From: an uncultured Gammaproteobacteria bacterium
Lineage (GTDB): Bacteria; Patescibacteriota; Patescibacteriia; UBA9934
DNA length: 64,000 bases
Reading direction: 5' to 3'
Assembly: GCA_964452565.1 (NCBI GenBank)
Contig: CAYVLY010000001.1
Location: 579,053 to 643,052, forward strand
Shown here: positions 57,898-64,000 of the stretch, piece by piece
Layout of the letters: each line of letters starts with the position of its first letter
Position numbering within the stretch: the stretch's first letter is position 1
Program-made: the position numbers and the translations under genes
Notes under the pieces: generated by a model
Told to the model about the DNA's origin: nothing
Databases searched by the model: none
What the model saw: only the letters and a program-made list of their open reading frames with translations

Positions 57898-58656
57898 TTA
57901 TTTCTTCGTGTTCCCCATATCACCTAGCGCCTCAAATGCTCGCAAGATCTCAAGTGGCACAGCAAAGATAACTGTGTTTGATTGGTCTGATGAAAGGTCG
58001 TTGAGTGTATTCAATGTTCGCAAGTGAAGCGCACCTGTGGTTCGTGCAAGCGTCTCGGCTGCTATTTGAAGATTCTTAGACGCCTCAACCTCACCCTGCG
58101 CCTTTATCACTACTGATCGTCGCTCACGCTCTGCCTCAGCCTGCTTTCCGATAACGCGTTTCATCTCCTCAGGAAGCGTCACGTCCTTAAGTTCAACATT
58201 CTCGACCTTGATTCCCCAAGGGTCTGTGAGCTTATCAACGATCTCACGAATGCGAGCACTTGCCGACTCGCGCTCTGATAGCAGCTGATCAAGCTCAAGC
58301 TCTCCCACAACATTTCGCATTGTAGTCTGAGCAAGCTGACTCACAGCATAGCGGAAATCTTCAACTTCATTTACTGCCTTATCAGAATCTGACACTCGAT
58401 AATAGATAACTGCATTGATCCGTGCACTGATGTTATCCTTCGTGATCGCCTCCTGATCAGGCACATCAACTGCCTTCACACGAATATCGACCTTGCGCAT
58501 TGATTCAAAAATCGGAATCACAATGCGCCAACCTGGCTCACGCATTCCAATGTACTTACCAAGACGATATTTCACGCCAATATATCCCTGATTCACCTGC
58601 CGCACAGTCGCAACAACCAGAACAAGGATAATTATTATAACTGGACCAATCCACAT
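57898..58656 (-). CDS. SPFH/band-7 (stomatin/HflK-like) membrane protein
   Basis: N-terminal TM then the SPFH core ...QGYIGVKYRLGKY...DVPDQEAITKDN... Confidence 0.85.
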   Translation of the reverse strand: MWIGPVIIIILVLVVATVRQVNQGYIGVKYRLGKYIGMREPGWRIVIPIFESMRKVDIRVKAVDVPDQEAITKDNISARINAVIYYRVSDSDKAVNEVEDFRYAVSQLAQTTMRNVVGELELDQLLSERESASARIREIVDKLTDPWGIKVENVELKDVTLPEEMKRVIGKQAEAERERRSVVIKAQGEVEASKNLQIAAETLARTTGALHLRTLNTLNDLSSDQSNTVIFAVPLEILRAFEALGDMGNTKK

Positions 58657-58706
58657 ATGTTTTGAGGTTAAGAATACTTAAACCGTATTCTTATTTTAAA
58701 GGAGTG

Positions 58707-59876
58707 TCAACGTACATGCCGCAAGCCTGGGAGGAAAATCACCAAGCATGCAATCAATATTACCACTGACAAAACCCCAAGAGCAGCAAATAATGGCAGC
58801 ACACCGACCAAAACGCCCACAAACAACATACCTAGGGACTTAACAAGCCCAACTGTAAAAGAAGTGAATGAAAGAAGTGTCGCACGGGCATCAGTATCAA
58901 CCCTTTGGTTGATATGGTTATCGACTATTACCTCAAGGGCTATAGAAACAAATGTCATGATCAATATTCCAATGATGATGACCTCGAATGACCCTGCAAA
59001 GCTTGACATGACAAAAAATATCGCAACCAGCAAAACTCCCAACTTGATTGCGCGCCGATCGCTTGCAAACCTTTCTATCTTATCGAGTGTTAATGGAGCA
59101 ACTGCACCAATGATACGTTTTCCTGCATAGACAAAACCAACACCCGATGCCAGAAGTCCAAGCTCCTCCATTCGGATTTGATCATATTCATAAAATACAT
59201 ATGTGGAGGCCAGAACAGACGCGAATGAAATCACAATCCAAAAGATATCTTTATTCTTCTTCATCAATTCAATCGCTTCTTTGATGTGGTCGCCTACCAT
59301 TGCAATTTCAAATTTTCCTACTCTTCCCTTGCGGGTCTTTCCAAACATCGAAATAATAACCGCGGCCAATCCAAACTGTACGACCCCCGCAATGAATGGA
59401 ATTGAGTAATGAACCATGTACAATACCCCTGCTACTGCCATGAAAACAATACCAACACCGTGTGCAACAGATCGTGAGCGCCCTAAGAGTTTTTTATACT
59501 CTCGCACACGTCCCAGTACTTGTAGACGTTCATAAAATATGGCGTGATTTGTTCCGGTTAAGAGTGTGCCCGAACCCCAATACAATAAACTACCTGCCAA
59601 TATCCAGTAAAAATCGCCGCCAAGGTAGAGCGCCATGGACGCGCCCTGCCCTATCATTGAAATGATAAGTGCACGTTTGTGACCCATTGTATCTGCTACT
59701 GCACCGCTTGGAATTTCCATGATCAACCCCAAAATTGAGGTCGCTATTACAATAAAAGCAATCTCTTGCAACGTTACTCCAGAATCTATCATGTAAAGCG
59801 CTATAACCGGCAATGCTAGACGCTTCGTTAGCGCTGAAAAAACATAAAACTTTTTTACATCATCAAACCATTTCAT
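58707..59876 (-). CDS. MFS transporter
   Basis: About 12 hydrophobic helices and MFS-like loop motifs. Confidence 0.7.
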   Translation of the reverse strand: MKWFDDVKKFYVFSALTKRLALPVIALYMIDSGVTLQEIAFIVIATSILGLIMEIPSGAVADTMGHKRALIISMIGQGASMALYLGGDFYWILAGSLLYWGSGTLLTGTNHAIFYERLQVLGRVREYKKLLGRSRSVAHGVGIVFMAVAGVLYMVHYSIPFIAGVVQFGLAAVIISMFGKTRKGRVGKFEIAMVGDHIKEAIELMKKNKDIFWIVISFASVLASTYVFYEYDQIRMEELGLLASGVGFVYAGKRIIGAVAPLTLDKIERFASDRRAIKLGVLLVAIFFVMSSFAGSFEVIIIGILIMTFVSIALEVIVDNHINQRVDTDARATLLSFTSFTVGLVKSLGMLFVGVLVGVLPLFAALGVLSVVILIACLVIFLPGLRHVR

Positions 59877-59886
59877 ATACTCAATG

Positions 59887-59969
59887 TGTCATTCCCGCGA
59901 AAGCGGGAATCCATCACCTATATCGAACTCGATAATCGATGGACCCCCGATCGGGGTCGGGAGTGACAA
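59887..59969. repeat. Structured ~83-bp multi-hairpin repeat element, copy 1
   Basis: tgtcattccc[gcgaaagc]gggaatccatcacc[tatcgaactcgata]atcgatggaccc[ccgatcgggg]tcgggagtgacaa, paralogous to 62282-62363. Confidence 0.6.
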
Positions 59970-59970
59970 G

Positions 59971-60891
59971 TTATTTCTTTGAATGATACCTCTTATGAAT
60001 CTTCTTGAGCTGTTTATCAGTCACATGTGTGTAGATCTGCGTTGTTGTAATCGACTCATGCCCGAGCATAGCCTGCACTGATCGAATATCTGCTCCGTTT
60101 CGAAGTAAATCAGTTGCGAACGTGTGTCTAAGGGTGTGTGGGGTGATCTTTTTTGTGATTCCTGCTGCAGTTGCATAACGCTCAACTGCCCTTTGAATCG
60201 ATCGAGGTGATATTGGCAGTGAATCTCTTCGATGTTTAGCTCGGTCATGACTCACAAACAAGTATGGCGAAGTATCTTTGCGTGCATCAAGGTAATTCTT
60301 GATTGCATCACGCGCATCATCTGATAAAAACACAACTCGATGCTTACTGCCCTTTCCTTTTACACTAAACTCACCGCGCCGAAGGTTAACTTCTTTGATC
60401 TGGAGTTGTGATAATTCAGATACTCGCAATCCGGTCGAGAACAACATCTCGAGAATTGCTCTATCGCGCTTTCCGATTAGCCCGCCAGTGTCCTTGGTGG
60501 CGTTTAGCATTCTTCGAAGCTCGTCTTCTTCAAGAAATTCGATCTTGCGAGTGCCGGTTTTGGCAAGTTCGATTTTGTCAGGAGACAAAGTCTTCACGTC
60601 GCGTTTTGATAAGTACTTTAGAAACGCTCGCAGTGCGATCAAATGATAATTCTGCGTTGACTTCTTTAATGTCACATCGTCACGACCTTCAACAGACCGA
60701 TTCAAATACAACCGATACCTTCGAATCATCTCTTGAGTGATCTTGTTTGGGTAGGGGTACTTAGCCCAATCTGCAAATCGCTGTAGATAAAAGTCATAAT
60801 TTCGAACTGTGCGATCAGATCGCCCTCGCTCAATCTCTAAATATTCCAAAAACTGTTGGATATATTTTTGCAATGCGCTTTTCTTTGCCAT
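59971..60891 (-). CDS. Tyrosine site-specific recombinase XerC/XerD
   Basis: N-terminal SAM-like domain and a C-terminal catalytic region ...HTLRHTFATDLLRNGADIRSVQAMLGHESITTTQIYTHV. Confidence 0.85.
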   Translation of the reverse strand: MAKKSALQKYIQQFLEYLEIERGRSDRTVRNYDFYLQRFADWAKYPYPNKITQEMIRRYRLYLNRSVEGRDDVTLKKSTQNYHLIALRAFLKYLSKRDVKTLSPDKIELAKTGTRKIEFLEEDELRRMLNATKDTGGLIGKRDRAILEMLFSTGLRVSELSQLQIKEVNLRRGEFSVKGKGSKHRVVFLSDDARDAIKNYLDARKDTSPYLFVSHDRAKHRRDSLPISPRSIQRAVERYATAAGITKKITPHTLRHTFATDLLRNGADIRSVQAMLGHESITTTQIYTHVTDKQLKKIHKRYHSKK

Positions 60892-60897
60892 ATGCCA

Positions 60898-61056
60898 GGG
60901 AGCTCTGTAAAAACAGGCTCTATAATAAAGTTAAGTATTTTCTTCTCAATTCCTTGAAGGGCGAGGAGGTGATGCGGCTGCATCATTGACGAGCTCTGAA
61001 TGGATTTGAGGGGAAAATAATCACTTTAGTGTGGGTGTGTTTTTGCAGAGCTCCCT
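60898..61056. repeat. ~19-bp imperfect inverted repeat (gggagctctgtaaaaacagg / tgtgtttttgcagagctccc) enclosing ~120 bp, starting 7 nt upstream of the xerC start
   Basis: 17 of 20 positions complementary. Confidence 0.45.
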
Positions 61057-61375
61057 AGTATTATACGACACAAAATATATTTAGGCACTTTTCTATGGTA
61101 ATATAAATATGAGGTGGGAGGTTCCTAACCGTTTTACCACCATGATGGCCCGACTCTTTGGACCGGGACCTACATCTACATCGCCGACAGTTGGGTCCCC
61201 ACAGGGAAACCAACTACCCCGTGCCGGGGCTGGAGCTCATACTCTAGCCCCGGCCACTGCTTTCTTGACACTTTCTGATAATCCGGCTAGTATAAGCACA
61301 TAATTCATTGCTGTTGGCCGCGGTTTGACGATTAAGCAGACGTCTTACTTCGACCTTCGGGTGTAATATAGAAAT

Positions 61376-61651
61376 ATGCTTAATAAGAAGAAAAAGCAGA
61401 GGATCATTGATAAGTTCAAAACTCACGATAAAGATACTGGCTCACCCCAGGTGCAGATCGCTATCCTTACCGAAGAGGTAAAAGAACTTACAAAGCACTT
61501 ACGAACCCACAAAAAGGACTTTAGTTCTCGACGGGGGTTGGTAAAAAAAGTTACTGAGCGACGACGCCTAATGCTATACCTCCGACGAGAGGACGAGAAG
61601 GGCTACACAGATTTGATTGCAGCGCTCAAGATCCGACCACTTAGTGAATAA
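61376..61651 (+). CDS. rpsO: 30S ribosomal protein S15
   Basis: MLNKKKKQRIIDKFKTHDKDTGSPQVQIAILTEEVKELTKHLRTHKKDFSSRRGL. Confidence 0.9.
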   Translation: MLNKKKKQRIIDKFKTHDKDTGSPQVQIAILTEEVKELTKHLRTHKKDFSSRRGLVKKVTERRRLMLYLRREDEKGYTDLIAALKIRPLSE

Positions 61652-61657
61652 TTTAAT

Positions 61658-61700
61658 CAAGCCCGGTTCGATTTTATCGGCCGGGCTTGAATCTTTTTTA
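61658..61700 (+). terminator. Rho-independent terminator after rpsO
   Basis: caagcccgg-14nt-ccgggcttg, then tcttttttaaaaa. Confidence 0.6.
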
Positions 61701-61719
61701 AAAACATAATTCTTTTCAT

Positions 61720-62274
61720 ATGCTACAGACCCCAAACCGCCGCGTTGGCGTTTTCATTGACGTGCAAAACATGTACTACAGTGCACGCAATCTATTTAAT
61801 CGAAAGGTAAACTTTCCCAAGATCGTTGAAGAAACCATGGGAGATGGTCAACTAGTCAGAGCACTTGCCTATGCGGTCACAACAGAGGCGGGAGACGAGA
61901 GTCCATTTCTAGAAGCTCTAGAAAAAAATAACATCGAAGTTATTGCAAAGGATCTAATCGAATATGAATCCGGCCACAAAAAGGCAAACTGGGATGTTGG
62001 TATGGCAATTGATGTTGTTCGGATGATCGATATGCTTGATGTTGTAGTAATGGTCTCAGGTGATGGCGACTTTGCCCCGCTTGCAGACTATGTTCGCGGA
62101 AAGGGACGGCTCTTCCACGTTGCATCATTCCGAGAGTCCACATCATCTGAACTTCTCGAGGTGGTTGATATGTACACAAACCTATCAGACCAACCAGAAG
62201 TATTCCTCATGCCCGAGGTTACAAAGAGAAAGGCCCCGGCACGAAAACGAAAAGCACCGGCGAAGAAAAAGTAA
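61720..62274 (+). CDS. NYN-domain (LabA-like, PIN-fold) protein with basic C-terminal tail
   Basis: RVGVFIDVQNMYY...NWDVGMAIDVVRM...DVVVMVSGDGDFAPL; C-terminus KRKAPARKRKAPAKKK. Confidence 0.75.
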   Translation: MLQTPNRRVGVFIDVQNMYYSARNLFNRKVNFPKIVEETMGDGQLVRALAYAVTTEAGDESPFLEALEKNNIEVIAKDLIEYESGHKKANWDVGMAIDVVRMIDMLDVVVMVSGDGDFAPLADYVRGKGRLFHVASFRESTSSELLEVVDMYTNLSDQPEVFLMPEVTKRKAPARKRKAPAKKK

Positions 62275-62281
62275 AAAAACT

Positions 62282-62363
62282 TGTCATTCCTGCGAAGGCA
62301 GGAATCCATCGCTTATCGAGTTTCGATAGATGATGGATCCCGGCTCGTAGGCCGGGATGACAA
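62282..62363. repeat. Structured ~82-bp multi-hairpin repeat element, copy 2
   Basis: tgtcattcc[tgcgaaggca]ggaatccatcgct[tatcgagtttcgata]gatgatggatcc[cggctcgtaggccg]ggatgacaa. Confidence 0.6.
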
Positions 62364-62435
62364 AACCACCCGTTCTCGAACGGGTAGAGTCGATCAAGTT
62401 GCTCGATTCTAATCGTTCGATAACTAATTTAACGC

Positions 62436-62496
62436 TGTCGGTTTGAGACCATAAGGTCATCAAGGATCAACCTTGAAACCTTGAGCTTCAAACCGA
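62436..62496 (+). promoter_or_regulatory. Long-range stem (gtcggtttga/tcaaaccgac) with nested hairpins in the pnp 5' leader
   Basis: 10-bp perfect complementary arms 62436-62445 / 62487-62496 with internal gacc-ataa-ggtc and caagg...ccttg hairpins. Confidence 0.35.
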
Positions 62497-62645
62497 CGCG
62501 ATAACATCGGACTTTCCCAGTCGGCGCATCGCGGTGTCAGAATCTGTGTTTTACCTTCGCCGTACGTGACCAGTACGCCTCAGGCAAAGCCTTGATTCTT
62601 CCTTGCGCTGCCTCCAACTGGAAAAGCCGATCACAACAAAGCATA

Positions 62646-64000
62646 TGGAACAGAAAACGTTCTCCTGCGAGATTGGTGGCAAAGAGCTCACAATCAAAAC
62701 AGGAAAGTTTGCGCAGTCAGCAAATGCTAGCTGCCTTGTTCAGCTTGGTGAGACAATCGTGCTCGCTACTGCTGTTATGTCCAAGACCAAACGTGAAGGA
62801 CTCCCATTCTTCCCACTCATGGTCGACTATGAAGAAAAGCTTTACGCAGCTGGTCGGATCAAAGGATCTCGATTCATCAAGCGTGAAGGTCGTCCTACTG
62901 ATGATGCCGTACTTGTTGGTCGATTCATTGACCGAGCTATACGCCCTTTGTTTGATGACCGAATCCGAAATGACATTCAAGTTATCATTACGGCCCTCTC
63001 ATTTGATGGAGAGAATGATCCGGATATATTGGGGTTGATTGGTGCATCATGCGCTCTTCACATAAGTGACATTCCTTGGAATGGACCAATAGGCGCTCTT
63101 CGCGTATCCCAAAAAGAAGGTGAGTGGCTACTAAACCCAACCTATGCCGAACGCGAGGAAACTGACTTTGACCTAGACATTGCAGGTACTGCAGAAAAAG
63201 TCATAATGATTGAGGCTCGTGCAAATGAAACCAGCGAAGACATCATGCAAGAAGCGTTTGAGCATGCTATGGGCAATGTGCAACCAATCATCGACCTTAT
63301 TGAAAAGGTTCGATCTGAGGCTGGAAAAGAAAAGCTTACCTTCGAAGCCCTAAATACAGAAAAAGAACTTGAGGCTTTGGAAAAACGTGCACCATTGGCA
63401 CAAAAGGCAAAAGATTTCATGCGCCCAATCTTTGAAGAAAAGATCTTAAGTGCATCACTCACGAAAAAAACATTAATCAACGAAGCAAAGAGAGAGTTGG
63501 CAGAAAAGCTAGAAGAATATCTAACTTCAGAGGGGCATGAATCTGACGAAATAGCTTTTGCAAAGGACCTAATCTATAACTTCACACAAGATGAGGCATC
63601 ACGAATCATCCTAGAACAAGGTAAACGAATTGACGGACGTAAGCTTACTGAGATTCGAGACCTAACGTCAGAGGTTGCTCTGTTGCCGCGTGTTCATGGA
63701 ACAGGACACTTCATGCGTGGAACAACTCAGGCACTTTCAATTTGCACATTAGGTGCTCCTGGAGATGAGCAGACGCTCGATGGAATGGAAATCACTGGAC
63801 AAAAACGCTACATGCACCACTATAACTTCCCTCCATACTCTGTTGGAGAAGCAAAACCGTTGCGAGGAGCAAGTCGGCGAGACATTGGACATGGTGCACT
63901 TGCTGAAAAGGCACTCGACCCAATGATCCCCTCAAAGGAAGACTTCCCATACACTATTCGTGTGGTGTCGGAGACACTTGATTCAAACGGATCAAGCTCG
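62646..64000 (+). CDS. pnp: Polyribonucleotide nucleotidyltransferase (PNPase), partial (continues beyond the window)
   Basis: MEQKTFSCEIGGKELTIKTGKFAQSANASCLVQLGETIVLATAV... RNase PH domains; classic rpsO...pnp neighbourhood. Confidence 0.9.

Noticed and set aside
1-64000. CRISPR arrays, rRNA genes, transposases or integrated prophage
   Set aside because: No regularly spaced direct repeats, no rRNA-like conserved stretches and no transposase or integrase ORF other than the housekeeping-type XerC/D were seen by eye.

Overview
This 64-kb window looks like a low-GC (~45%) bacterial chromosome segment with small-genome, CPR/Patescibacteria-like traits: compact gene packing, CCA-encoding tRNAs, an rpsF-ssb-rpsR operon with no rplI, and giant surface proteins. 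It is dominated by recognisable housekeeping genes: a partial Memo/CapA-like protein, ruvC, yebC, rpoC and rpoB, recA, a RodZ-like protein, ftsK, efp, rpsR-ssb-rpsF, a UPF0020 RNA methyltransferase, ychF, rmuC, rpsT, holA, rnhB, polA, two TrmB-like regulators, gpmI, an alpha/beta hydrolase, murF, ddl, xth, a NUDIX hydrolase, an SPFH protein, an MFS transporter, xerC/D, rpsO, a NYN-domain protein and partial pnp. Three tRNAs are present on the minus strand: Arg-CCT, His-GTG and Arg-TCT. Three unusual features stand out. First, a 10.8-kb co-oriented cell-surface operon at 29050-39876 encodes an O-antigen-ligase/TPR membrane protein plus four secreted proteins, including a 1396-aa protein and an 830-aa protein with (EP)n repeats. 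Second, seven or more short islands of ~60-63% GC are interspersed among the ~45% GC core genes; each carries signalling, secreted or membrane proteins behind AT-rich near-consensus sigma70 promoters. Third, there are several structured non-coding elements: an ~83-bp multi-hairpin repeat in two copies with compensatory substitutions, a palindrome-flanked tRNA-Arg locus, a 650-bp GC-rich non-coding region ending in an attenuator-like switch just before polA, and a 38-bp perfect palindrome. No CRISPR array, rRNA or obvious transposase was seen. All calls come from reading the sequence and the ORF translations; no database search was possible.
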